A stretch of 64,000 bases of DNA from Candidatus Poribacteria bacterium (GCA_965205015.1 OZ242029.1:4320001-4384000); one strand, 5' to 3'; positions 1 through 10,330 are shown, numbered from the stretch's first letter. Notes: generated from the letters alone by a model not told the origin. Made by a program: numbers and translations.

Positions 1-1186
1 CTTCATCGTCAATGAGGTTGTTCAACTGATACGGATCGTTGTCATTGTTGTAGAGGAGCCACCCCGTTCCGTCGTAATGACGGGCATAGGTGTAGCGATG
101 TGTGCGGATGCCACGCCACTCGCGAATGCCGAAGTTGAAACCTTCGCTGCCGTGCAAAGGGACTTCAAGCAGCACGGATTGTGGTTCGTCAATTGTATTA
201 CCGAGCATCGCTTCTGAGAGGTCGATACCCTCCACACCCTCTGGAATCGGCAAATCGCACAGCGACAACATCGAGGGCATAAAATCCACGAGGCTTAGCA
301 GCGTATCGCGAGTAACACCGGCTGGAATTCTACGGGGCCAACGGATCATAAAGGGGATCCGGGCGGATTCTTCCCATGGACGTTCTTTCCTAACGTGTCC
401 GTGGCTACCGAGCATATCGCCATGATCAGACGTATAGACAAGGATGGTATCGTCAGCGATACCGATGTCGTCGAGCGCAGCCATCAAACGTCCGAGATTT
501 TCATCAAGAGCCGTGATATGCGCGTAGTAGCCGGAAAGATCCTCCCGTGTCTCTGGTGTGTCCACGGCGTTCGGACGTAACTGAATCTGATCCGGTGGAT
601 ACATCTCCTTGTAACGTTCTGGCACGTGTGGGTATGGGTTGTGTGGCGGTCCCCAACTCATATAGAGGCAGAAGGGTTCATCGGCATGTTCTCGACAGTA
701 TTCAATCGCTTTATCGGTTTGGAACTCCGGTTCGTAACCCTCAATCTGAAACCGATTGCCGTCAGAATCATGGTAAGGGGCATTGAAATAGTCGTGGTGG
801 CAATTCCATCCGATCCAATAATCGAAACCGAAGCGCATCTCAGGTGTGATGAACTTGTCCCTCGGCATACCACCGAGGTGCCATTTCCCGATATAACCCG
901 TGGCATAATCCGCTTCTTTGAAGACTTCCGCAATGCCGGTTTCCGTCAAAGGAAGTGGCAGATCGTTAGAAACGGCTTTGTGGTTCAAAGGGTATTTTCC
1001 CGTCATGAGGCATCCGCGTGCTGGCACGCATATCGGGACGTTCGTGAAGGTATTGGGAAAAAACATTCCCTCCTGTGCGAGTTGATCCATCACAGGCGTT
1101 TGGACTTGCGGGTTGCCTGCGCATCCGACATCACATTGGCGATGTTGGTCGCCGAAGACGAAGATTAAATTGGGTTTACGTTCCAT
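1..1186 (-). CDS. Sulfatase (FGly-dependent), truncated by the left window edge; absent from the ORF track
   Basis: Manual minus-strand translation from ATG at 1186 gives MERKPNLIFVFGDQHR..., the sulfatase signature CVPARGCLMTG, plus GYIGKWHL and YTSDHG. The frame is open to position 1. Confidence 0.93.
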   Translation of the reverse strand, partial: MERKPNLIFVFGDQHRQCDVGCAGNPQVQTPVMDQLAQEGMFFPNTFTNVPICVPARGCLMTGKYPLNHKAVSNDLPLPLTETGIAEVFKEADYATGYIGKWHLGGMPRDKFITPEMRFGFDYWIGWNCHHDYFNAPYHDSDGNRFQIEGYEPEFQTDKAIEYCREHADEPFCLYMSWGPPHNPYPHVPERYKEMYPPDQIQLRPNAVDTPETREDLSGYYAHITALDENLGRLMAALDDIGIADDTILVYTSDHGDMLGSHGHVRKERPWEESARIPFMIRWPRRIPAGVTRDTLLSLVDFMPSMLSLCDLPIPEGVEGIDLSEAMLGNTIDEPQSVLLEVPLHGSEGFNFGIREWRGIRTHRYTYARHYDGTGWLLYNNDNDPYQLNNLIDDE

Positions 1187-1491
1187 TTTTTGTCCTGTTT
1201 GTATGATGTGGAGGCATTTCTTTACAGTTGAGGGGTTGGGTTTCACTCAGAAGGCGTATCGAGGTACGGTGTCCCCCGAAACTCTTGGAAAAATTCGGGG
1301 TGATACTCGACACGGTGATACAACTAATCGCCGCCGACATCAACGCATACGGCAACGGATACGTAACCGTTCGATATTTCCCACGATATTTCGTAGCAAG
1401 GAACACATACTCCGTGGTTTTGTTCAGCCCCACTTGAACAATGTGCCTTTTCGTTTCCATTATTTCCACTTGACTTGATAATCTCCCCATG

Positions 1492-3369
1492 TCATTGATT
1501 ACTAAAAGCGTTCGCAACCATCACAAGGTCCAAGATGTTCACAACGCCATCAGAATTGAGATCGGGTCCGGTGGAATCACTAAAAGCGTTCGCAACCATC
1601 ACAAGGTCCAAGATGTTCACAACACCATCAAAATTGAGATCCCCACGATAAGGGCTATTCACCATTTTTTGTAATTCTTCCCAGAATTCAGCATTTGAAT
1701 TGGTGCGATGCAGTATAGAAATCGCTTGTTGAACTTCAAAATGATTCTCATAATGATACCGGATGGTCGGAATCACGTCCACGTGCTTATACAGATCAAT
1801 ATGTACATTCATTATCTCATTTTCGAGTTCTACATATCGCGCTTCCGTCAAATACGTCAAGGGAGAGCCATAAGCACGCGACCCGTGAGAGAATAAGAAA
1901 TCCGTGATCGGGTGTGTATATCCCGAATCATCACCACGCGCGTAAAAAGCAACGTAAGACGCTGTGATTTCGTTAATCTTTTCGCCAGCAAATACAGTGC
2001 CCGGCATCGCTGCGATAAGTTCTTCATGTAAGAGCCTGTTCCCCTGAATTGGGGTTAATCCCTCAATCGGCTCAGCATTCGCGATGTAGTAGTTGACATC
2101 AAGATGAAAGGCATCAATGTTATATGTCGATTGCAGGTTTTTCAAGACGCGCACGTAGTGTTCTCTATAACTCGAACAGGCTGGATTGATATAGGCGGGG
2201 CCTCCGATATCCACTCCATATCCTGATATTCCGCCTCTTTGACCACGGTAGAGACAGGCGTTCCATTCGGCGTAACGCGGATGGGTTTGGGAAACAAACA
2301 GAAAACCTGTGTAGAGCATCACCCTAAACCCGCGTTGATGCGCAGCAGCTATAAACGTCGGCAAATCTTCTCTCACAGGATGGTCGGGCCACCCGCCGTC
2401 GAGCGTCTGACTAAAATTAGGCATCCAACCGCCCCGGCAGTAAAACAGGACATGTTTTGGGTCAATATGTTTCGCCACAAAGTCTAACATGGCAATGTAG
2501 TCCCTATGGAACGAACAATACATCACAACGAGTTGAATATCTTTCAGCCATGCGGGCCTGCGAGGTGCGCGCGTTTGGTTTCGCTTTATCAGGTCTTGGC
2601 GATATATCTCTGCAGGCACCCGCCAATCGCCCTGGTATGTATTCACTCGCCACGTTGTGGAAGTGACGTCTTGGTCAAAGGGAAAAAAGTTTTCTGTTAT
2701 AAACTCAAGTTCAAAGGCATCCGGGTGACGTGTGTAATTGAATCTGCTTAACCGATACTCCTCGTCCAGACTCATGATAGAACAACCGCCAGTATGCCCT
2801 TCAAGGATCGCGAGTCGCGCTTGCCACCCCAGACCTGGGCTATCGAAACTCCAATGTTGACGCGATTCAGCATTGATCCGTAGCCCCCCGTTCGCTGGCA
2901 CAATTACAGAGGCTTGACTATGATCTAAATTCCCAAAGCCCCAGCCGATAATCTCAATCCCCTTTGGATCAAAACCCTCCTGCTTGATGATGAGATCTTT
3001 CGTGAACTCGTCAATAGACACCCACAGGGTGAATGTCTTTGGACGACGTTCATCCCACTGTGCTGTAAGTTTCACTGTTAAGGGGGCACTCTTTTTAACT
3101 TCAAGGAAATCAGCATCTGCTATCCTTAAGTCATGATTGAGTCCGGCATAAGGTCTCTCTTCTGTGAGTGTTGTTCCTGGGCGTGTATAGGTTTCCTCGG
3201 TGAGTTTGTTGTGGCAGCGTGTGATGATACCGTTTTTTAGATGTATCTGATAGGTATCGGTCTCAGCGAAAATGTCGCCTTGTTCGCTCACCGTAAGCGA
3301 TGCGGGATAAGCAATGCTTAGCAAAACAAACAGCAATAGAAAGATAGACGTTATGAGTGTTTTCATCAA
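1492..3369 (-). CDS. Secreted putative glycoside-hydrolase-like protein with a C-terminal dockerin-like (double Ca-binding) repeat
   Basis: Signal peptide; TIM-barrel-like segment (AAAHQRGFRVMLY...IDAFHLDV); tail DLNFDGVVNILDLVMVANAF repeated as DLNSDGVVNILDLVMVANAF. Confidence 0.7.
   Translation of the reverse strand: MMKTLITSIFLLLFVLLSIAYPASLTVSEQGDIFAETDTYQIHLKNGIITRCHNKLTEETYTRPGTTLTEERPYAGLNHDLRIADADFLEVKKSAPLTVKLTAQWDERRPKTFTLWVSIDEFTKDLIIKQEGFDPKGIEIIGWGFGNLDHSQASVIVPANGGLRINAESRQHWSFDSPGLGWQARLAILEGHTGGCSIMSLDEEYRLSRFNYTRHPDAFELEFITENFFPFDQDVTSTTWRVNTYQGDWRVPAEIYRQDLIKRNQTRAPRRPAWLKDIQLVVMYCSFHRDYIAMLDFVAKHIDPKHVLFYCRGGWMPNFSQTLDGGWPDHPVREDLPTFIAAAHQRGFRVMLYTGFLFVSQTHPRYAEWNACLYRGQRGGISGYGVDIGGPAYINPACSSYREHYVRVLKNLQSTYNIDAFHLDVNYYIANAEPIEGLTPIQGNRLLHEELIAAMPGTVFAGEKINEITASYVAFYARGDDSGYTHPITDFLFSHGSRAYGSPLTYLTEARYVELENEIMNVHIDLYKHVDVIPTIRYHYENHFEVQQAISILHRTNSNAEFWEELQKMVNSPYRGDLNFDGVVNILDLVMVANAFSDSTGPDLNSDGVVNILDLVMVANAFSNQ
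1501..1623. repeat. 45-bp identical direct repeat, 78-nt period (the two dockerin halves)
   Basis: actaaaagcgttcgcaaccatcacaaggtccaagatgttcacaac at 1501 and 1579. Confidence 0.9.
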
Positions 3370-3481
3370 CTTTCCCCCATCTTTTTGTATAGATATTCAA
3401 GGTGTTCAGTAATTGAAGTTGCTCCCCAGTTCGGTAGCAGATCCGCTTGATGCGCGACAAGGACTTTTTTAATCGGACAAT

Positions 3482-4489
3482 CTACTGCATCCATGTATAA
3501 ATTTGGCGAAGGGCACCTTCACTCTTTGTCCACAACGTCCTTTTCAGTGGTGAAACGACCTTAGTGTAACTGGCGAAGTCTGTCCGGACGGCGCGATACT
3601 GTTCCTTATGCGCAATTAACCCTGTGTTTTCTGGTGGGGATGCCCCGAAATCCACCCATTCGTATTGGTCATGACACGCCCCTGTGATAATGTGGTGGAA
3701 AATCGCGTTGTTCGGACGGTATTTCAGGAACGCTGGCACAGAGGCTTCACACCACAACGTTACGGTCTTATTGAAGCGTAGGTAGAGCAGTCCTGCGATA
3801 ATCGTGTCGTGATATGTAGCGATAGCAAGGTTGGCGATTTTCCGTTTCAAGAGTGCCTGCATGAGTGCGCGCGGCTTCGGAGTGCCACCTAACCGTTTGA
3901 CTGTCATGAGATACATATCGTAAAAGGTGGATAAAGCCTCTTCACTATCTGTGTCCGTAACTGTCACACCCGATTTCTCTGCCTTTCTGACCGCGCCCCG
4001 CACCCGTTTGTTATAGGCGTGCCAGAGGGATTCAACATCTCCGTTCGTTTTCAAAAGATGTGTGAAGTGATCTGTCCGTGCGTAACCCATTTCGGCGAAG
4101 AGATCGCCGTCCGTCGCGGTGCGCTGCGGTGTCAGGGTCCAACGGATTTCACACCATCCCTTTGTCGCCGCTTCGGATTCGATGGATCTTATCAGTGTTT
4201 CGGGATTTATTTCCGCCCGTTCAATAAGGTGTATCCCCCCAAACAGATTCCACGGCATTGAATGCCAAAGACGGATGCCCGGTATCGGTTGAAAGACGAA
4301 TGCTGGCAGTCCTCCGATGACCGAATCCTGTTGCTTGATGAGCAGATAGACCGGCGTAAGTTGTTTGAATGCATCCGCTAATGTCTCTCGCCACGCGAGA
4401 CTTTGGAAAGCAGTCGTCTCTGGACATCGCCGAAGAACGGTATTCCACTTATCCTGATTTTGAGGGGTCAAGGGGTCTAAGGTGTACAC
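3482..4489 (-). CDS. GNAT / FemAB-related acyltransferase
   Basis: LWHAYNKRVRGAVRKAEKSGV, YRPNNAIFHHII and WVDFGAS motifs typical of FemAB-like GNAT proteins. Confidence 0.8.
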   Translation of the reverse strand: MYTLDPLTPQNQDKWNTVLRRCPETTAFQSLAWRETLADAFKQLTPVYLLIKQQDSVIGGLPAFVFQPIPGIRLWHSMPWNLFGGIHLIERAEINPETLIRSIESEAATKGWCEIRWTLTPQRTATDGDLFAEMGYARTDHFTHLLKTNGDVESLWHAYNKRVRGAVRKAEKSGVTVTDTDSEEALSTFYDMYLMTVKRLGGTPKPRALMQALLKRKIANLAIATYHDTIIAGLLYLRFNKTVTLWCEASVPAFLKYRPNNAIFHHIITGACHDQYEWVDFGASPPENTGLIAHKEQYRAVRTDFASYTKVVSPLKRTLWTKSEGALRQIYTWMQ

Positions 4490-4497
4490 ATGCCTAT

Positions 4498-4620
4498 TAG
4501 CCGTCAGCGGTCAGCCATCAGCGGTCAGTAAAGAAAAAACGTTCCTGAAACGCTTGTGTCTTTACTGATGGAAACTGAAAGGGTTGCCTGGCAACCCGAC
4601 CTGACGGAAACCGATAGCCA
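4498..4620. repeat. Heptamer-ended inverted-repeat element (dispersed family, copy A)
   Basis: 7-nt periodic left arm (TCAGCGG/TCAGCCA); perfect 10-bp inverted repeat TCAGTAAAGA (4525) / TCTTTACTGA (4559); nested hairpin GGGTTGCCTGGCAACCC. Confidence 0.7.
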
Positions 4621-4631
4621 TTCCTATAGTG

Positions 4632-5570
4632 TTATGCCGCCAATGCCGCGAACAGTGCCTTGATGTAACCGACGGAATAAGCTAACCCAACATCGCCTTC
4701 TAATTTCGGGATGTGATCGGCATTGATACATCCGTCAAATCCGACCTTTTGAAGTTCTCGGACGATTTTGAAGGCGTTCATATCACCATCGTCAAGTAGG
4801 ACTTCCTCAAACGCTCCGGCTGTTGCGAGGCTACCGCGGACGTTCCGTAGATGAACCATGAAGATACGTCCTTTACGTCCGTAGTTATTGATTTCGTCGA
4901 GGACAATTGCACTACCGCCGGCTTCCGCCCGCGTGCCACAACAGTAAAGATAGCCGACGTTTCTGCTCGGGAAGGTATCGGTGACACGATGGAAACCGAG
5001 ACCGCCAAGCGGTGTGTCCGGGTTTGGAACATCTGAGGGATGAATAGCGAGTTTTATGTCGTATTCATCGGCGATAGGAACGAGTGCGCCGTAGACTTCG
5101 GTAAAACGTTTCCACCATTCGTCGAGGGATTCCATCGTTGGGATAGCGGGCGGATCTTGGGTTGCGGCACGGCTTTCCCCACGAGAAGTATAACCGCCCC
5201 GATGGACGGATGAATAACGCGTCATGAGATAGTCGAAGGTATCTCCCCAGAACCGTTGACGGGCAATAGGCACACCTGCTTCCGCGAAGACCCGGAGAGC
5301 GTTGCACGTATTATCTAATTCCTTTTCACCGTCGGGTTGACCCTGCATAAACTTTTCTGTGATGTTCGGGAGCGTGACACGGTTGATATCAAGTCCCCAA
5401 GAACGGATCCGCTTCTTAATTTTCAGGACTTCGTCCAAGTCAGGGTAGCCCTGTTCTTCAACTCCCGGAAAGGCGGTACCGCCTCCAAAGTCGATGCAAT
5501 CTGCCCCGAGTTGTGTAACCTGTTTGAGATAGTTATCAGAAAGTCCACCATCCCAGACTGAAATTTTCAT
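4632..5570 (-). CDS. uxuA: Mannonate dehydratase family protein (UxuA-like)
   Basis: LVPIADEYDIKLAIHPSDVP, RIFMVHLRNVRG, FEEVLLDDGDMN, ADHIP and AYSVGYIKAL motifs. Confidence 0.75.
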   Translation of the reverse strand: MKISVWDGGLSDNYLKQVTQLGADCIDFGGGTAFPGVEEQGYPDLDEVLKIKKRIRSWGLDINRVTLPNITEKFMQGQPDGEKELDNTCNALRVFAEAGVPIARQRFWGDTFDYLMTRYSSVHRGGYTSRGESRAATQDPPAIPTMESLDEWWKRFTEVYGALVPIADEYDIKLAIHPSDVPNPDTPLGGLGFHRVTDTFPSRNVGYLYCCGTRAEAGGSAIVLDEINNYGRKGRIFMVHLRNVRGSLATAGAFEEVLLDDGDMNAFKIVRELQKVGFDGCINADHIPKLEGDVGLAYSVGYIKALFAALAA

Positions 5571-5643
5571 TTTTTTAATTTTCCTTTCCTAATACGACAA
5601 GGTCCGACTACCCCCCTTAAATTGATGTTATCTCCATTTGCGA

Positions 5644-6651
5644 TTAAAGGGGTAACGGGACGGGTTGTCCACTCTCAACAGATTGGTATGCGGCTAATGC
5701 GATTTCAGCTGCGGCGCGACCGTCTAATCCTGTAATGGGTGGCGGTGTACCGTTACGGATCGCGTCTACGAAGACGCGAATCTCTTCCTGAACCGGTGGT
5801 GGTACCTCGATATCTGCCACTTTAATCTCTCGTCCCTCACCTTCAAAAGGCTTAATCTGAATGGCTGCATCGCCGCCCCAGATCTGTGGAAAATAGATGG
5901 AACCGCCTTCACAATCGACGCGTCCGCCATACCCACCGACAGCAGAGACATGACTGGAGTGGAGCAATCCGACTGCTCCGTTCGCAAACTGCAAGGAGGC
6001 AAGCACTACATCGGGATAGTCGCTCTCGTCTGGTCCGTATTGTCCGCCAGCGGCATAGACAGCGGAGACATCCCCACAGGTCCACCGCATAAAGTCTATT
6101 TCATGGGCATTGATCTCCATAAGGGTCCCACCAGACTTCGCGCGCTCCAGTCGCCAGGGTGTGTGGCTGTACCCGCTACGCCAGGGGCCCCCGATACGAT
6201 GTACCATCATACAGACAGGTGCTCCAAGTTCGCCGCTCTGTACAATTTCTCGGACGGTGGAATGCGTTCCATAATAGCGACATACCAAACCGATCGTCAG
6301 TTTGACCCCGTTTTCCTCAGCGGCGGCAATCATCGCGTCGCAAGCCTCCAGCGTAGGTGCCATCGGTTTTTCGGAAAAGACGTGTTTGCCTGCGTTCGCG
6401 GCATCGACTGCCATCTGTGAGTGCATGAACGGCGGCGACGCGATCAGCACGGCACGAATCCGATCATCGCCGAGTAATTCGTGATAATCCAGTGTATAGG
6501 AGGTTCCGAGGTCTGTGGCAAGTTTTTCAGCCAGTGCTTCTTGAACATCACTAACGGAAATGACCTCTATTCCTTCAACGACGTGTGCGCTGGTGGCAAG
6601 GCTTCTGCCCATGCCACCGCATCCGATAACCCCAACTCCAATGATTTCCAT
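5644..6651 (-). CDS. Gfo/Idh/MocA family oxidoreductase
   Basis: VGVIGCGGMG Rossmann motif, GKHVFSEKPM, SGGTLMEINAHEID; start moved to ATG 6651 behind a GGAG RBS. Confidence 0.9.
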   Translation of the reverse strand: MEIIGVGVIGCGGMGRSLATSAHVVEGIEVISVSDVQEALAEKLATDLGTSYTLDYHELLGDDRIRAVLIASPPFMHSQMAVDAANAGKHVFSEKPMAPTLEACDAMIAAAEENGVKLTIGLVCRYYGTHSTVREIVQSGELGAPVCMMVHRIGGPWRSGYSHTPWRLERAKSGGTLMEINAHEIDFMRWTCGDVSAVYAAGGQYGPDESDYPDVVLASLQFANGAVGLLHSSHVSAVGGYGGRVDCEGGSIYFPQIWGGDAAIQIKPFEGEGREIKVADIEVPPPVQEEIRVFVDAIRNGTPPPITGLDGRAAAEIALAAYQSVESGQPVPLPL

Positions 6652-6693
6652 TGCTAACTCCACGTTGTTTAACCGCAAGGTAAATTAAGAAAA

Positions 6694-7593
6694 CTATCTG
6701 CGTCTTGCTTTGATATGCCCCCATGTAACGCTCAATTTGCTTGCAGAAGGGCTGACATCCAGTCCTGTGGCATTCATGTTGTTCTCAACTTCTGCTGCAC
6801 TCAAAACACGATCGTAGATGCGGAATTCGTCAATATATCCCTGAATTGTATCGCAATCGCATCCATCTGATCTATCCCCAATGCCGAGGAGGAGTCCTCC
6901 CTTTGAAATCTTACCGCCCTTCATGGCGTATTTTTTTTCCTGTTTTCCGTTCACATAGTAGTGAACCGTTGCGCCATCATAGGTGCCTACGAGGTGCAAC
7001 CACTCCTCAAGTGGAATGTCCTCCAATACATTGTCCTGTGCTGCCACCGTTGATTTGCCACCGGCTCTGACGAAAAAACCGTGTTGGTTATCGTCATCGT
7101 CGTAATAGAGGCTCGCGACTGCGGTGTTCGCTGGCATGTCGTCAAGTGAGATGATCCGGTTCCAACTGTCGTCTAAGGCGTTGATATAGACCCAACATTC
7201 CAGAGTGATTTCCTCCCAATCCCGGTCGATTTTCGGGGGGGTTGAATCTTCAACGAGGAAACGGTCAACACTGCCATCAAAAAGGACGCACTCGCCGATT
7301 TTGCAATCGGCGGCAGGGGCAAGTTCGGGGTCACCATGAACAGCGGCAGCGAGTCCTGACAAGATATCTACCGCCTCTTTTTTAATTTTTACTGTGTCTT
7401 TGTCGAAGGACCAATAAGCGATTAAACCATCTTCAACTGCACCGACGATTGCGTCGGTAGGTTGTGCGTTCCATGTGAGGAACGCGAGAAGGAGAAGGGT
7501 GAATGCGCTTTTGGCATTCGCAAAGACTGTAAAAAACCGTGAATTTTCCACAAAATGTCTGTTCTGAAAACAGGGACTGTTTTTTGGACGCAT
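6694..7593 (-). CDS. LamG/concanavalin-like domain secreted protein with a C-terminal KLSVTWGHIK motif
   Basis: GLIAYWSFD, ITLECWV, WLHLVGTYDG...YVNG, GYIDEFRIYDRVLS. Confidence 0.85.
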   Translation of the reverse strand: MRPKNSPCFQNRHFVENSRFFTVFANAKSAFTLLLLAFLTWNAQPTDAIVGAVEDGLIAYWSFDKDTVKIKKEAVDILSGLAAAVHGDPELAPAADCKIGECVLFDGSVDRFLVEDSTPPKIDRDWEEITLECWVYINALDDSWNRIISLDDMPANTAVASLYYDDDDNQHGFFVRAGGKSTVAAQDNVLEDIPLEEWLHLVGTYDGATVHYYVNGKQEKKYAMKGGKISKGGLLLGIGDRSDGCDCDTIQGYIDEFRIYDRVLSAAEVENNMNATGLDVSPSASKLSVTWGHIKARRR

Positions 7594-7613
7594 GATTCAT
7601 TCCCTCCCTATAT

Positions 7614-7706
7614 TGGTTATCGGTAGCTGGTAGATTATTGTAGTGGTTGCTATTGTTCATCTGCCACAAGTATCTCTGAAAGTTGATTGCTGACAGCTGA
7701 CGGCCA
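7614..7706. repeat. Heptamer-ended repeat element (copy B, degenerate)
   Basis: Left arm TGGTTATCGGTAGCTGG; right arm GCTGACAGCTGACGGCCA. Confidence 0.5.
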
Positions 7707-7707
7707 T

Positions 7708-9102
7708 TTAGAACACGTCACGCATGGCACGTTCGCGCCGGTCAGCGATTTGACGTTCACGTTCCTCGTCAGACATCTGACCGTGTTGTTCAGCGACGAT
7801 GGGACGATATTCGGCAACCTCGCTCCTTCGTTTGAACACGCGGAAGAAATCGAAACGGGTTAAGGTTGGCGGTATATTCCCAGGGCACAGCGCGTGTACC
7901 CCGACGTGTACCGAATTTCCCATGCCAACATTCGTTTGTCCGCAGCTCTTCCATTGAATGCCGTCGCTGCTGGCGAAAGCGGAGAATTGGTTTCCTCTGC
8001 GTTCCATCCGTAAGAAGAGTTCTCGGACATTTCTGAGCCCACTGCTACGTCCGCGTAAGTTAAACGAGCGTCCGACGTGGCGTTCAAATCGAACATCGCC
8101 TCTGAAGGCGTGCGGTCCCGAGGTTTTCTCAAGCCGAAGGAATCGGTTAGGATTTTTCCATACCAATAAGCCGCCGTGTTCTTTGAGTTGTGGCGAGATG
8201 CGCATGCGGGTTTCAATCGCGAAGTCTCCAGGGACTTCCATGAGGAGCCGGGGTGCGCTCATGTCGCCGCTTCTGCCATCTGGACCGTGCCAAAGGTCTT
8301 GTCCGGGTTCAGTCCGCATTTCTAAGTAGCCTTGGCGTTCTGCCCAGGAGCCGCCGCCTTTTGGATCGTCCCATCGCCATTCCGGACGCATACGGTTTCC
8401 GATGAACTCATCTTCAAATACCATTTCTGTGAACTCGCCGGAAGATGCCCATCCTTCAATTTTCACAGCAGAGATAGAGTCCCCGAAGTTTTGGGGGAGT
8501 AAATGGAGGTTTGGCAGCTCCTTTTTATATTCCGAAGGTTCCATACGGATGGGTAAGGGCATGCCTTCAAAGTCAGGGTGTTCGTAAAAGACGACCTCCG
8601 CACCGTGTGGTGGGAAGTCTGGTCCTTTGAAGATACGAATTGATGAAATTCGATCCTCAAACCAAGTTCTGCCTTGTGCGTCCCGTAGGTTGGCGATATC
8701 GCGCAGGATCGTAATCTTTCTGCCTCGAAATTCAACGTGCTCGTAGCAGTCCACAATCAGCGGAATCGTTCCCCATTCTGGCCCAACGACTTCCAGTGTG
8801 GAGCCGAAATTGATCGATGAGATTCTATCGGCAAAGTTGTAAGCGGTGTCGTGTAGGTTCGGGTAAAATCCGGGACCGAGTGCTAACTTTTTACCACGGA
8901 AGTTACGATGCTGGTAAAGGATAACCTTATAGTTTGGGTTCGACGAGAAGTTCGGACCCTTGTAGACGCGAACAGAAGATATATTATCTTGGAATCCGAT
9001 GTCTCGCGTAAAGGAAACAGGCTCTACAACATATCCCATTCTGCCCCGGAAGTTTGTATGTTGGAACACCTCAACAACGAGGCGCGGTATGACGACTGGC
9101 AT
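7708..9102 (-). CDS. Beta/gamma-crystallin (four Greek keys) plus DUF1349-like concanavalin beta-sandwich protein
   Basis: Repeated [FY][QE]Hx[NED]F[RE]G ... D[NRS]IS[SA] motifs; C-terminal GQDLW..., APRLL, GDFAIETRM, LRMERRGNQFSAFASSDGIQW. Confidence 0.8.
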   Translation of the reverse strand: MPVVIPRLVVEVFQHTNFRGRMGYVVEPVSFTRDIGFQDNISSVRVYKGPNFSSNPNYKVILYQHRNFRGKKLALGPGFYPNLHDTAYNFADRISSINFGSTLEVVGPEWGTIPLIVDCYEHVEFRGRKITILRDIANLRDAQGRTWFEDRISSIRIFKGPDFPPHGAEVVFYEHPDFEGMPLPIRMEPSEYKKELPNLHLLPQNFGDSISAVKIEGWASSGEFTEMVFEDEFIGNRMRPEWRWDDPKGGGSWAERQGYLEMRTEPGQDLWHGPDGRSGDMSAPRLLMEVPGDFAIETRMRISPQLKEHGGLLVWKNPNRFLRLEKTSGPHAFRGDVRFERHVGRSFNLRGRSSGLRNVRELFLRMERRGNQFSAFASSDGIQWKSCGQTNVGMGNSVHVGVHALCPGNIPPTLTRFDFFRVFKRRSEVAEYRPIVAEQHGQMSDEERERQIADRRERAMRDVF

Positions 9103-9120
9103 TATGTTCTCCTTTTTTAC

Positions 9121-9203
9121 TGGTTATCAGTTATCGGTTTTCAGTTTTCAGTAAAAGAGAGTTTTTGTTTCAAATTAGGTTTCTTTCTGATGATGAACTG
9201 ATA
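9121..9203. repeat. Heptamer-ended repeat element (copy C)
   Basis: TGGTTATCAGTTATCGGTTTTCAGTTTTCAGTAAAAGAG ... AACTGATA. Confidence 0.6.
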
Positions 9204-9232
9204 TATTTTGCGTATTTATTTTCTCTTTCTCT

Positions 9233-10330
9233 TTATCCGGCACCAAGAGTTGCCTCATAGATTTGGGCGTATCCACTCCGATCTGATGTGAATACAACGT
9301 GCTTACCATCTGGGCTGAAAGATGGGTGTGGATGTGTATGTTGTGGGGCGTAAACCTGGATAGGACCGGCGGCATACGGAAACGGTCCGTTCCAATGTTC
9401 ACCAATAGATGAGGCGTTAGGATGGCATAACGCCTGCGGTTTGCCGATACCGTCACGTGGATCAAAAATTTGGATACCGATATCGGGGAAATTAGTGTCT
9501 GCCACCATAAGCGTTCCGGTAGGATTGCTGATGGCATGCCATGCGTTGAATGTTGCCACTTGTCGCACTCTTCCGGTATCAGCATTGACACATCTCACGC
9601 CGCGGGGCCAGTCGACGAAGGCGAGTTCACGCGTCCCTGGAATCCATGTTTCATGTGTGATCCATTCATTTTTTTCGAGGTTCTGCGCGTAAAGGCGACG
9701 GTTCTCACTTCCGTCGCGATGGATGCCCCATACTCGATCGGTGAGGGGACCCGCATAATAGAGCAGGTTGGAATCATCCGGACAGAATTGAAGATGTCCG
9801 ATGCTGTCTCTCCGTAAGATGATTTCGTGCTCGCCGGTGTCTGTATCGATAATAGCGAGTGCAGCTTCTTTACCGATCTGGAATCTCACAGCCCACCATC
9901 GATTATCGTGACTCAAAGCGGTTGTGCCCATAGCAGCGGCGACCATGCCTGCATCTTGCATCGTCGTTGCGGCGAAATTGACGAGTTCGCGCTCTTCAAG
10001 TGTCTCTAAATCTATTTCCCATCCGCTTGTGCCTGCTGTGAAATAGACTGCTTTTCCATCGCGCGAGGGATGCACCGACCATTCCGAGATGTCGGGTCTA
10101 TCTGTTAATTGGCGAAGTTCACCCGTGCTCCGTTCTTCTGCGAATATCTGTGGGATCCCCGTTCGGTATGAGACGAATATGAGTCTTTGCATCGCGTCGT
10201 CATACGCGGGTATGATGAAGAATGGATGGTGGTGCAGCGCGGACGCAGTCGTCACCTGTCGAATCTGGGTTCCGGTGCGTTGATCGATAAAGGATCGGGA
10301 TTCGGGAGGATGAACTGTTCCTTTCGCCAT
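9233..10330 (-). CDS. Oligogalacturonate lyase (PL22/Ogl)-like beta-propeller protein
   Basis: MAKG start; DQRTGTQIRQVT, GHLQFCP, WITHETWIPG, HTHPHPSFSPDGKHVVFTSDRSG. Confidence 0.8.
   Translation of the reverse strand: MAKGTVHPPESRSFIDQRTGTQIRQVTTASALHHHPFFIIPAYDDAMQRLIFVSYRTGIPQIFAEERSTGELRQLTDRPDISEWSVHPSRDGKAVYFTAGTSGWEIDLETLEERELVNFAATTMQDAGMVAAAMGTTALSHDNRWWAVRFQIGKEAALAIIDTDTGEHEIILRRDSIGHLQFCPDDSNLLYYAGPLTDRVWGIHRDGSENRRLYAQNLEKNEWITHETWIPGTRELAFVDWPRGVRCVNADTGRVRQVATFNAWHAISNPTGTLMVADTNFPDIGIQIFDPRDGIGKPQALCHPNASSIGEHWNGPFPYAAGPIQVYAPQHTHPHPSFSPDGKHVVFTSDRSGYAQIYEATLGAG

Noticed and set aside
102-1168. Plus-strand ORFs (102-425, 395-580, 626-1168)
   Set aside because: Antisense shadows of the minus-strand sulfatase, which has clear catalytic motifs.
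1176-1517. 113-aa minus ORF between the dockerin gene and the sulfatase
   Set aside because: No recognisable motif and it overlaps both neighbours; it may be a decayed gene, but I cannot support a call.
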